From assembly GCA_963665395.2 (NCBI GenBank), contig OY762251.1:432151-496150 (forward strand): a DNA stretch of 64,000 nt, in the 5' to 3' direction. The stretch's first letter is position 1, and every line of letters starts with the position of its first letter. Below the pieces are notes generated by a model, which saw only the letters and a list, made by a program, of their open reading frames with translations, was not told where the DNA came from and made no database searches. The DNA comes from Dehalococcoidia bacterium. Its GTDB lineage: Bacteria > Chloroflexota > Dehalococcoidia > Lucifugimonadales > UBA3495. Below, one piece after another: positions 9,501 through 17,641 of this stretch. Made by a program: the position numbers and the translations under genes.

Positions 9501-12500
9501 CAAGACGGTCCTCTACTTCAACACAGGCAACTGGGACACCGCGCAAGAGGTCAGGCTCAGCGCCCGCGAGGACAACGACTCGCTGCGCGGCAGCCGCATC
9601 ATCACCCACACCGCCACGGGCGGCGGCTACAACAGCCCCACCAAGGCCCTTACCGCTACCGAGCTGGATAACGAGATCGGCCTGACCTTCACCGACACCA
9701 ACGGGAATGAAATCAGCGCGCTGGCCGTTCCCGAGAACGGCTCCAAGGATTACCAGGTCAGCCTGAAAGCCACGCCAACGCAGCCGGTCGTGGTGAACCT
9801 GGTGGTATCCGGCGACCTTGATATAACCGCCAGTTCAAGCAACCTGTCATGGACGGTTGCCCAGGCCGGCGAGTCCAGAACTGTCACCGTGAGCGCCCCC
9901 GACGACACTGACTTCGTCCGCGGCTCCGCAACCATCACCCACCAGGCCAGCGGCGGCAACTACGCCGGCCTCAACGTTGACCTCCCCGTCACCGAAGTCG
10001 AAAACGACGTCGGCATCGCCATCACCCCCGACGCTTTGACCGTCCCCGAAGGCGGCAGCGCCACCTACACCGTGGGGCTGGGCGCCGGGCCCGAGTATGG
10101 CAAAGACGTCGTCGTTGCGTTGACCGGCTCGGGCGATGACAACATCACTTTCAGCCCGGCGTCGCTTACCTTCACCGCCGGCGCCAACGGCAACTGGCCG
10201 ACCGCCCAAACGGTCACCGTCCGCGCCGCCGCCGACAACGACGCCCTCAACGGAACCAAGACCATCACGCATACCGCGGTCACCACCGACACCCACTACA
10301 ACGGCGTCACCGCCACGCTGGTCGTCACCGAGCGGGAACCCGTCATCACCCTCACCCCGTCAACCAGCCTGAGCGTTGCCGAGGGCGGCAGTGAGACCTA
10401 CACCGTGGCCATCAACAACCGGCCCTCCGGAACCGTCACGGTCGCCATTGGCTACCAGTCCGGCGGCGACGACGACATTACCGTCAACAAGACCAACCTG
10501 TACTTCTACAACAACAGCAGCTGGAGCCAGCCGCAGACGGTCACCGTCGCCGCCCGCGAGGACAACGACAGCCTCGCCGGAACCAGGACCATCACCCACA
10601 CCGCCAGCGGCGGCGGCTACAACAGCGTAACCGCCAGTATCCTCGCTAACGAAGTCGATAACGACGCGGCCATCATCGTCACGCCCCGCACGGGCACGGA
10701 GTTCACGGTCACCGAAGAACTCACCGAAACCTACACCGTGAAGCTGGCAACCCAGCCGTCCGCGGACGTCACCGTGACCATCGCGGAAGCCACTGCCGGC
10801 GACAACACCGACGCCAGCATCACGGTTACGTCCAGCAAATCGCTGACGTTCACCGCAAGCGACTGGTTCACCGCCCAGACCGTCACGCTGAGCGCCGCCG
10901 ACGATACCGACTTCGCCCACGGCAAGCGGGACATCGCGCACACCGCCAGCGGCGGCGGCTACGGCAACGTGACCAGGACCATCACCGTCCGCGAAATCGA
11001 AAACGACAAGGGCATCCACGTCGAACCCGCCACGCTGACCGTCCGGGAAACCGGCAGCGCCACCTACGAGGTGAACCTGGGCAGCTACTTCCTGACCGGC
11101 AATCAAGTCACCGTTACGCTGACCGCCACCGGCGACGGCGACGTCACCTTCGACACCGACCCGGACACAGCCGGCAATCAGAACCGCTTGACCTTCACCA
11201 ACAATAACCTCCACGTACCGCAGACCGTCACCGTGTCCGCCGCCAGCGACAATGACGCCAGTAACGGAACGGCGACCATCACGCACACCGCCAACAGCGT
11301 CTATAACAACGTGACCGCCACGTTGACGGTCACCGAGGGCGAGCCGCCGCTCCTGGTCCGGAACGCCGGCGACACTGCCGACATCACCGCGCTAACCGTG
11401 AACGAGGGCAGCAGCTCCGGCTCGGGCTTCGCGTCCTACAAGGTCAAGCTCAGCTCCCAGCCGTCCAGCAGCGTAACCGTCCATCTGGACCTGCAATCCA
11501 CGTCCGGCAACAACCCCGGCGACTCCAACATCAGTGTCTCGCCGCGCTCGCTGACGTTCACCACGCAGAACTGGAACCTCCCCCAGAACGTCAAGGTGTG
11601 GGCCACCGATGACGACGACCAGATTAACGGCTCGCGCGCCATCACCCACCGCGTCAACGGCGGCGGGTACACCAACGCCGGCTCCGTAGTCCTCACCGCC
11701 ACCGAAGTGGACGACGACGTGCCGACCCTCACCACCGACAGCGTGACCGCCACCGGCGTCACGCTCACCATCGCCAACCACACCGCTGCCTGGTGGTACA
11801 AGTCGGACACCGCCGGCGCGACGACCTGCACGTCCGTGGCCCAAAACACCAACACGGTAACCGTGACCGGCCTGACCCCCGCCACTTCGTACACCTACAC
11901 GGCGTACAGCGGCAACGCCTGCTCGACGTCGCTTGCGGTGGCCACGGCGGCGGCATTCACCACCAACGGCTTTTCCGTCAGCAACCTCGGCGAGACGGAC
12001 CATACGGAAAAATGTGGGATGAATGGCGGCCTAAAATGCGCCGTCCGCTTCGACACCGGCCCCGCCACCAATGGCTATACCCTGCACTCCATCACCGCCA
12101 AACTGGAAAAAACGGGAACGCCCAGCGGCTTCACTGTGTCTCTCCACTCGAACAATAACGGAAACCCGACCGACAATGCCCTGGCTACCCTGAGCGGCAG
12201 CGAGCCGACCACCACCGGCGAATACACCTATACCTGCGCCGGCAGCGGGTGCGCCCTCTCCGAGGACACCACCTACTTCGTGCAATTTGGACAGACTTCC
12301 ACTGGCGGCCTTATCAACGGGTTCATTTTGATCGCCACTGCATCAGACAACGAAACCAAGATTCCTTCCGGCAACGGCTGGACCTTGGCGAACCAGATAA
12401 AAAGGGCGAGTGGCAACTCTTGGGATGCTCTCGACTATGCGGGGAAAGTCAAGATAGTCGCCACGGCCGGGAGCGGCGGCAACCCGAATCAGCAGCAGCC

Positions 12501-13377
12501 GGCGCAGGAGCCGGAACCGCAGCCGCCGGCGCAGTTCACGCCGACCCTCACGGCCGGCGACGGCAAGTTGACGGCGAGCTGGACTCCCCCGGCCGACAAC
12601 GGCGACGCCATCACGGGCTACCGGGTGCAGTACCGCCAACACCCCGGTGGCGCCTGGGCCGTGTCCGGCGGCGTCCTGAACGCGGACGCGCGCCGCCTGG
12701 AGATTGCCGGCCTGGAGAACGGAGCGACCTACCGGGTGCGGGCGCAGGCGCAGAACGGCGCCGGCTGGGGGCAGTACTCCTGGCCTCTGGCCGAAATCAC
12801 CCTGCCCGCGCCCCAGCCGCCGGCCAGCGTGGGCAGCGTGAGCGCCAGCCGCAGCAACGGCAACATCGCCGTCAGCTGGAACGCCGCCGACGGAGCCACC
12901 AAGTACCACGTCACCTACACCGACAACGGCGGCCAGAGCTGGTCGCTGGCCGCCCTGGAGCACAATACCAACAGCATCACCATCAGCGGCGCCGACGATG
13001 ACAAGGTGTACATTGTGGGCGTGCGGGCCGGCAACGCCGCCGGCTGGAGCGGCTGGGTCAACTCCAACACCGTGCCGGCGGCGCAAACGCCGCCGGGCAG
13101 CGTGGGCAGCGTAACCGCCACCCACAACGGCGACACGGTTACGGCCAGCTGGAACGCCGCCAGCGGAGCCACCAAGTACCACGTAACCTACACCGGCGAC
13201 GGCGGCGCAAGCTGGTCGCTGGCCGCCCTGGAGCATTCCGCCACCAGCATCACCATCGGCGGCGCCGACTCCGGCAAGTCCTACATTGTAGGCGTCCGGG
13301 CCGGCAACGACGCCGGCTGGAGCGGCTGGGTCAACTCCCCACCGGCCAAATACGACGCCGGGGCATCAACACAGTAG
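6586..13377 (+). CDS. Giant secreted or anchored surface protein: signal/TM segment, PT linker, about 14 tandem Calx-beta/cadherin-like beta-sandwich repeats, one Cys-FN3-like domain, one copy of the unassigned 170-aa module, three canonical FN3 domains
   Basis: N-terminal hydrophobic AFLALAAVAVLVAAGLIAASLL..ASAQ. Repeats of about 100 aa (VTVPEGGSATYTVKL..QP..DVTV......DDDI.V...LTFT..NW.TAQTVT.SAA.D.D..NG...ITHTA.GGGY) span roughly nt 6868-11730. The 170-aa module is at about 11965-12469. The FN3 domains are at about 12540-13350 (TASWTPP..NG..ITGYRVQYR; YHVTYT..GG.SW). Confidence 0.9.
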   Translation: MKFSQSDNNRGTLMFGSLTQSKLAAGFGAFLTRPRAFLALAAVAVLVAAGLIAASLLSGPAGVASAQTSPPTGCVTGGPVKAIATGGGDLTQFDIDEGQTLYYELQLRNNPNGSVMVASGLLEPDNPNADERNKLDNADVTVSPSVLFFNSSNWNQSQWVAVSAREDDGAVDGKAIVGHEAVGSPNDVTCVVVNEKDNDTPADPTPTPTPTPTPTPEPASVGFVIAKPDGSPLTIKDINDKDFLGLYVANSGSASFVVSLATQPASDVPVNVTKHYDRFGTVNFSPARLDFTTSNWSTPQTITVSSTGPVPGRNGSAVLRLRADRDTEDEAYRQLVWADVRVREFDPPALLLSANPLTVNEGSSASYGVRLHTKPTANVTVTLTEGTGSSDDTDVTVASSKTLTFTSANYKSAQAVTVAAAHDDDLVSGFRVITHTAASTDAKYDGLTVQLTANENESDTAAIVVSTNAVTVPEGGSATYTVKLSNQPSGDVNVSINPSSTSGGGDDDINVAPRSLAFTKINWHTAQTVTLSAAPDGDDLNGTNTITHTAAGANFDAARQVFVTATEGDDDQRGFVVNPVPGPVTIAEGGSFSYTIKLGTQPTADVTVDFTVYDPKDISFEPVNPPPTFTANNWSTEQTVTFRADEDNNDYVDDRVTIHHTVTTTDAIYTEQTIGDIAVTVTDNDAAIVLSANAVTVPENSSATYTVKLSHAPTADVTVTIAEGTGNDDDTSLRVTGPSSKRLTFTTANWNTAQTVRIYAAGDSDAVNGTRAINHTAAGGGFDSAPTFSVTAIEHDSRAAIILRNAADTGNVSSINNVPENGSGVDYKVKLAAQPAGDVTVALSVTGDGDVSVQPASLTFTAGNYATLQTVTVSAATDADLLNGTATIAHTATGGGYDGLAAKNLSATETDTTGQIKVKDANDNADITGISVPEGGSADYKVQLSHLPTGNVTVRLALQSTSDDGDGDITANKTVLYFNTGNWDTAQEVRLSAREDNDSLRGSRIITHTATGGGYNSPTKALTATELDNEIGLTFTDTNGNEISALAVPENGSKDYQVSLKATPTQPVVVNLVVSGDLDITASSSNLSWTVAQAGESRTVTVSAPDDTDFVRGSATITHQASGGNYAGLNVDLPVTEVENDVGIAITPDALTVPEGGSATYTVGLGAGPEYGKDVVVALTGSGDDNITFSPASLTFTAGANGNWPTAQTVTVRAAADNDALNGTKTITHTAVTTDTHYNGVTATLVVTEREPVITLTPSTSLSVAEGGSETYTVAINNRPSGTVTVAIGYQSGGDDDITVNKTNLYFYNNSSWSQPQTVTVAAREDNDSLAGTRTITHTASGGGYNSVTASILANEVDNDAAIIVTPRTGTEFTVTEELTETYTVKLATQPSADVTVTIAEATAGDNTDASITVTSSKSLTFTASDWFTAQTVTLSAADDTDFAHGKRDIAHTASGGGYGNVTRTITVREIENDKGIHVEPATLTVRETGSATYEVNLGSYFLTGNQVTVTLTATGDGDVTFDTDPDTAGNQNRLTFTNNNLHVPQTVTVSAASDNDASNGTATITHTANSVYNNVTATLTVTEGEPPLLVRNAGDTADITALTVNEGSSSGSGFASYKVKLSSQPSSSVTVHLDLQSTSGNNPGDSNISVSPRSLTFTTQNWNLPQNVKVWATDDDDQINGSRAITHRVNGGGYTNAGSVVLTATEVDDDVPTLTTDSVTATGVTLTIANHTAAWWYKSDTAGATTCTSVAQNTNTVTVTGLTPATSYTYTAYSGNACSTSLAVATAAAFTTNGFSVSNLGETDHTEKCGMNGGLKCAVRFDTGPATNGYTLHSITAKLEKTGTPSGFTVSLHSNNNGNPTDNALATLSGSEPTTTGEYTYTCAGSGCALSEDTTYFVQFGQTSTGGLINGFILIATASDNETKIPSGNGWTLANQIKRASGNSWDALDYAGKVKIVATAGSGGNPNQQQPAQEPEPQPPAQFTPTLTAGDGKLTASWTPPADNGDAITGYRVQYRQHPGGAWAVSGGVLNADARRLEIAGLENGATYRVRAQAQNGAGWGQYSWPLAEITLPAPQPPASVGSVSASRSNGNIAVSWNAADGATKYHVTYTDNGGQSWSLAALEHNTNSITISGADDDKVYIVGVRAGNAAGWSGWVNSNTVPAAQTPPGSVGSVTATHNGDTVTASWNAASGATKYHVTYTGDGGASWSLAALEHSATSITIGGADSGKSYIVGVRAGNDAGWSGWVNSPPAKYDAGASTQ

Positions 13378-13394
13378 CCCCCAGGTTCCACACC

Positions 13395-13436
13395 GCAACG
13401 CCGTCGCCGCCAACGACGGCGTTGCCGCTTATTAAC
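13395..13436 (+). terminator. Candidate intrinsic terminator after the giant gene
   Basis: 12-bp perfect stem gcaacgccgtcg / cgacggcgttgc (13395..13406 and 13414..13425), a 7-nt loop, then cgcttatt. The U-tract is weak. Confidence 0.4.
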
Positions 13437-13764
13437 CGTCAGCTATGGAGACAACAATTGTCGGAATCAGGTAGGAGTTGCATCGTCATCCAACGGCCGC
13501 ATAGTTGGTCACAAAGCCTCCTGGATTCCGGCTTTCGCCGGAATGGCGGGTATGGCGCGATTGCCCCGCTTCAGACGCTCCTCCGTTGGCGGATTTATCC
13601 GCAATCAATCAACAGGTTGTCACCGTTATTCCCAGGCGCAGCCAAGCCGTCTGTTTGGGAGTAACGTGAAAGCGCCGCCACGAGGACGCTACCACAATCG
13701 CCCCGCCGGTTTGCCCGGCGCGGTCAACCGGGAAAGCATCAACGAGGAAACCGGCGGCGGTGGA

Positions 13765-14199
13765 TTACGTCGGCGCTCCGAAGACCCGGTAGTGGCAATC
13801 CGGGCACAGCGCGCCGGCCTGGTTGACCCGCGCTCGGCAGTCCAGGCCGGCGCAGACGGGGAGGGAGTAGCATTGCGCACAGAAGGGATGTCCCGGCGAC
13901 GCGGGACGTTGGCGACAATGGATGCAGTGGGCGGCGACGGCGGCGCCTTTCCGCCGCTTGCCGCCCTTGCGCCGCGACTTCCGCGCCTGATGGCGGTCAA
14001 TTTTCTGAGCGCGCTTCGCCATGGTCTGCTGTCCCTCCTTCGTAGCGAGGCAACTGCCGGAATCCCCGGGCGCCGCGGCGGCGACACTGCATACAGTCCA
14101 CTGGCGCCAGTCGGTGGAAACGGCGAATTTCCGGCCCGCCGTTTCCCGGCCGCACGCGGCGGCGCCGGCCCGCGGCTGGGCGATTTTGTGAGACCTCAT
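13765..14199 (-). CDS. Small basic Cys-rich (double zinc-ribbon-like) protein; an alternative start at 14022 gives 85 aa
   Basis: The C-terminal part carries four Cys pairs (HCIHC, FCAQC, VCAGLDC, LCPDC) after a K/R-rich stretch. AAGGAGG lies 8 nt before ATG 14022, and GAAGGAGG lies 4 nt before ATG 14199. Confidence 0.4.
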   Translation of the reverse strand: MRSHKIAQPRAGAAACGRETAGRKFAVSTDWRQWTVCSVAAAAPGDSGSCLATKEGQQTMAKRAQKIDRHQARKSRRKGGKRRKGAAVAAHCIHCRQRPASPGHPFCAQCYSLPVCAGLDCRARVNQAGALCPDCHYRVFGAPT

Positions 14200-14272
14200 A
14201 AATCCTCCTTCAATATAAGGGTTTTCGGCCCTACGCGATGCGCCTTCTTGCCAGGGAAACGCCGACCGTTGA

Positions 14273-14791
14273 CTACGGACTTTCCTCCTCGGAACCGGGC
14301 TTCTGAGCGCGGTAGGCGATGATCAGGGAGTGGAGTGGCTGGCCCCGCTGGAACTCCCGCGTCCGGCGCAGCCACTCCCGCCATTCGGGATCTCTGTCCC
14401 GCAGGGCCTCCGAGTCAGCGTAATAGCAGTCAGGCGGCGCGCCCGGCATCGCCGCGCTGGCCAGCCAGCCGTCGGGCGTCCAGACGTACAGCCATTCGGG
14501 GCCGGGACTCCAGTAGTTGGCGAAGAACCGGTCGGTTCCGCCGCGGAACGCATAGGGGCGACAACTCTCCCAGGGTTGGTTGTAGTGCCGGAAGTAGGTG
14601 ATCGAATTTTCCGGCGTGGGCGCCAGCCGCGTTATGGCTCCTGAGCCGATGAGCCGGTCAATGGGTTCCTCGTCGGAGTAGTGTTGCAGCAGCATCTCGC
14701 CCGCGTCGTCGGGGTAGCAGCCGTGTCCCAGAAAGATGGCCTGGCCATTTCCTTGACGGTCAACTTTGCCGATGATGGCTCGTGAAGCCAC
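14273..14791 (-). CDS. Hypothetical protein (172 aa)
   Basis: The start was moved to GTG 14791 because AGGAGG lies 6 nt upstream. The composition looks protein-like (W/Y/F-rich: FFANYWSPGPEWLYVWTPDGW). I recognise no family. Confidence 0.45.
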   Translation of the reverse strand: MASRAIIGKVDRQGNGQAIFLGHGCYPDDAGEMLLQHYSDEEPIDRLIGSGAITRLAPTPENSITYFRHYNQPWESCRPYAFRGGTDRFFANYWSPGPEWLYVWTPDGWLASAAMPGAPPDCYYADSEALRDRDPEWREWLRRTREFQRGQPLHSLIIAYRAQKPGSEEESP

Positions 14792-14894
14792 TGGCAACCT
14801 CCTGAAAATGGTGAAACTCGTGGTGAGAGATTGGGTCACCGCGCCGGTTGATGCTGGTGCCCGCCCGCCCCTGATGAGCGCAGCCGGCGGAAGG

Positions 14895-15191
14895 CTAACC
14901 GCGCCCCTGCTTCAGGTCGGGACGCGGATGGGTGGCGCAATACTCCGTGTAGGTAGCCCGGTCCATCAGCAGGACGGTCTGGGGTTGTACCTCGGCGGCG
15001 CGGCCGGCGTCACACAATGCCATCAGCGTGATGCCGTCGTCGCACCAGTAGTAGACCAGTTCCTGGCCGTCCTCCAGCACAATGATGGTACTGGATAAGC
15101 CGGCGTGCACCGCCCTGACGGGTTCGCCCAGAGCGCGGGGGGCGTCCAGGGCGGCTTTGGCAACTATGCGCTCGTCTTGAAGGATAAGCAC
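14895..15191 (-). CDS. Hypothetical protein (98 aa)
   Basis: ORF track only, same strand as its neighbours. No motif recognised. Confidence 0.3.
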   Translation of the reverse strand: MLILQDERIVAKAALDAPRALGEPVRAVHAGLSSTIIVLEDGQELVYYWCDDGITLMALCDAGRAAEVQPQTVLLMDRATYTEYCATHPRPDLKQGRG

Positions 15192-16326
15192 AGTGCCGCC
15201 GGCGGGGTCAGTCAGAGCCGCCGCTTTGACTGGCGTCCGGATGAGCCTGGGTAACGGGGATGTGGTAAAGGTTTCGCATTCGGTTCGCTCCTTTCACTCT
15301 TTGTGGTCAAGGCCAGATTTTGATCAGGCCGTTCCAGTGGACCGTTGGCAATCGCCAACGCGTACCGAGACTCCCCCTTGCGCCGATTCAACAACGGCAT
15401 CGGGCGCTGCCATGGGTTGGCGCGCAGGACCGGCTTGCTCATCCCAGGAAAAGCGCGTGTCACCATGAGCGTGGGGATGTTGCGGAAAGCAATCGGTGAC
15501 GGCAGGGCGTAGCCAACCTCAGGACTGCGGCGGTAGCATGGAATCACAACCTGGCGCGGCGCGCGTCTCAACACCGCCGCGCAGCCCGAGTCCTCAGAGG
15601 AGTGCCTGAAATGACCGCCTAACTGCCGCCTAACCAAATGGTCTGCGTCCCCTGCCATCGGTACGGACGCGACGAGTTCATCATTACCGACGCCGCCGGC
15701 TGGCCGGCTGCCTACGACGGCTACGGGATGTCAGCCTCCGGCTTGAGCCTGGAGGAAGGCATCCACCGCGCTCCGCAGCGACGGCGCAGGCCCAGCGACA
15801 CGCGCCAGCGACCGGGACATCGTAGCAATGCTGGGAAGCGCCGCCGACGCCTGGGAAATGGCCCTGCACCGTATGGCGGGCGACGCAGCAGCCCGCGCCC
15901 TACCCAGGGACGCCGCAACCGGGGAGGCCCGGACCATCACGGCGTTCCTGGTGGCAAAGCCGGCGTTCCCCAAGACGGAAGTCCTGGAAATACGGCGTGG
16001 CGCGAACTCCGACGGCGGACCCGGCAAACTGCTGCGCTGGTCGACGCCGTGATGGCCGGCCCGCTGGCGGATGCCCAGGATATGGCCGTAGCCGTCCTCC
16101 GAGCTCTGGAGAAGTTGAAAGCCAACTGAACGACGGGGCTGTAGGAAATCGCAAACCGGGAGTGAACAAACGCCGGCCCACAGTCGCGCTTGCCACCGGG
16201 CGCGCGGAGGAGCGGGCCAACCGCAACGCAGGCGAACAGGCCCGGGGTGGCGAGCGTCGTAAGCGACGGTCCCCAAAGGCTGGTACCATGGTAACGAGTT
16301 TCACACTCCATTCGAGGAACCCAGGT

Positions 16327-16623
16327 ATGGAAGTCAGCAACACTCCCACGGCCACAGCGCCCATCATTCACGCTGACGCCAGTGACACGGACCCCGTTAA
16401 CCAGGCCATCGCGGGCATGATGCTGGCCCTGCAAGCAGGACGCGAATTGAGGACGAACGGCGGCGTCATTGAGTGGCTCGGAGCAGACGGCCAGCCCCAG
16501 CGCTTCACGGCGGACGAGGCCTACTGGGATGCCGGAGGCGCGATACCTACGTCGGGAACGCACCCGACGCTGGCCGAGAATGACGATACGCTGACCATCC
16601 AAAACTGGATCGATCACTGCTGA
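16327..16623 (+). CDS. Hypothetical protein (98 aa)
   Basis: This is the inner ATG of ORF 15997..16623, with GAGGAA 7 nt upstream. The upstream part of the ORF is R/G-rich junk. No family recognised. Confidence 0.35.
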   Translation: MEVSNTPTATAPIIHADASDTDPVNQAIAGMMLALQAGRELRTNGGVIEWLGADGQPQRFTADEAYWDAGGAIPTSGTHPTLAENDDTLTIQNWIDHC

Positions 16624-16842
16624 CCGCCTCGGTAAGGGGTTGGGCCATTAGAGGCGGACGCCGGCCGGACTCGGAAGGAAACGGGGCCATCGGCTTCATC
16701 ACCTGGAACCGGGTCAATCATGGTAACGTGCCCCGGCTGGAGATCGATCCCAGCGGGACCATCACGCTGTGGTACCACTGGCCGGAAGCGGACCTGACGG
16801 GAGACGACTGATCGGCGACGTGAAACGCCTCGCTCTGAACTG

Positions 16843-17520
16843 TCACAGCAGTCGCGGCATAGCCCTCGTCAGCGGCGCGACCAATCCTGCCCCATCGTTG
16901 CCGGCCCGGTTCACCCCGTTGGAGACTGGCCGTGTCGTCATTCCCGGCCACTCCCTGGGTTGCAGCAGATCGTGGAGGGTCGCGGCGTCGGTACACGGGT
17001 CCAGCCAGGCGTCATGGTCTCCGGCGTCCAGAACCACCGGCATCCGGTGGTGGATGGACGCCATCAACGAGTTGGGCGCGCTGGTGACAATCGACGCGGT
17101 TGCGTCTGGATGGAGGTTGTAGATACCGGCCAGCGCGAAGGGCCGCTCGTCCGTCCGGTGTATCCACATGGGGGTCTTTCCGCCGCCCCCGGTCTGCCAT
17201 TCGTAGAACCCGTTGACGGGTATCAGGCAACGTCTCTGGGCGTAGGCGGCACGAAAAGCCGGCCGCTCCGCCACCGTTTCGGCGCGGGCGTTGAACAGCG
17301 GCCGCGCTGACGAACCGCCGCGAGCCTGGCCGCCGAAGGTGAAACCCCAGCGCATCAAGCCGGCCGCGCGTTCCCCGGCATCGGCGGTCACGACCAGAAT
17401 CCGGGCCGTGGGCGCGATGTTCCACGACGGCTGATAGCCGTCAACGGCGGGATTCAACACGAATCCGAATTGCGACGCCAGGTCGCCCAGCTCGGCGAAC
17501 AGGCTGATTCGGCCGCACAT
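16843..17520 (-). CDS. SOS-response-associated peptidase (SRAP / YedK-like abasic-site processing protein)
   Basis: An internal start gives the hallmark N-terminus MCGR (catalytic Cys2), with GGAG 8 nt upstream. Also SWNIAPT, LMRWGF, FNARAET and PVNGFYEW motifs. Length 225 aa, typical for the family. Confidence 0.85.
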   Translation of the reverse strand: MCGRISLFAELGDLASQFGFVLNPAVDGYQPSWNIAPTARILVVTADAGERAAGLMRWGFTFGGQARGGSSARPLFNARAETVAERPAFRAAYAQRRCLIPVNGFYEWQTGGGGKTPMWIHRTDERPFALAGIYNLHPDATASIVTSAPNSLMASIHHRMPVVLDAGDHDAWLDPCTDAATLHDLLQPREWPGMTTRPVSNGVNRAGNDGAGLVAPLTRAMPRLL

Positions 17521-17641
17521 GGCGACGGCTCCGGGTTCAAGGCGGGATTGGCGAGTTGCGATCATGGTAGCACAGGCGGATGTTGAACTGATGACAGCGG
17601 CCCGTTGCGCGTTGAACAAACGCTTGGCTACCATCATCGCC

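Noticed and set aside
13543-14322. 259-aa plus-strand ORF overlapping the zinc-ribbon gene region.
   Set aside because: The composition is R/G/A-rich and it has no RBS. It begins inside REP-derived sequence, and the opposite strand has RBS-supported ORFs.
15212-16129. ORFs 15212..15658 (-), 15638..16129 (+) and 15828..16052 (+) as genes.
   Set aside because: These are mutually overlapping alternatives with no RBS or motif support. Parts read as protein-like, but no single frame is convincing, so they are reported only as an unresolved region.
16647-16810. Protein-like frame without a start codon directly after 16327..16623, considered as a programmed frameshift product.
   Set aside because: No slippery sequence is visible at the junction and no homology supports a fusion. 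It is more likely a decayed gene or an unusual start.
17560-17630. Possible LexA (Cheo-type GAAC-N4-GTTC) boxes in the SRAP/imuB divergent region: GAACTGATGACA and GAACAAACGCTT.
   Set aside because: Only the first half-site matches, and the second halves have 2-3 mismatches. The LexA motif of this organism is unknown to me, so I made no call beyond noting the GTTGAAC direct repeat.
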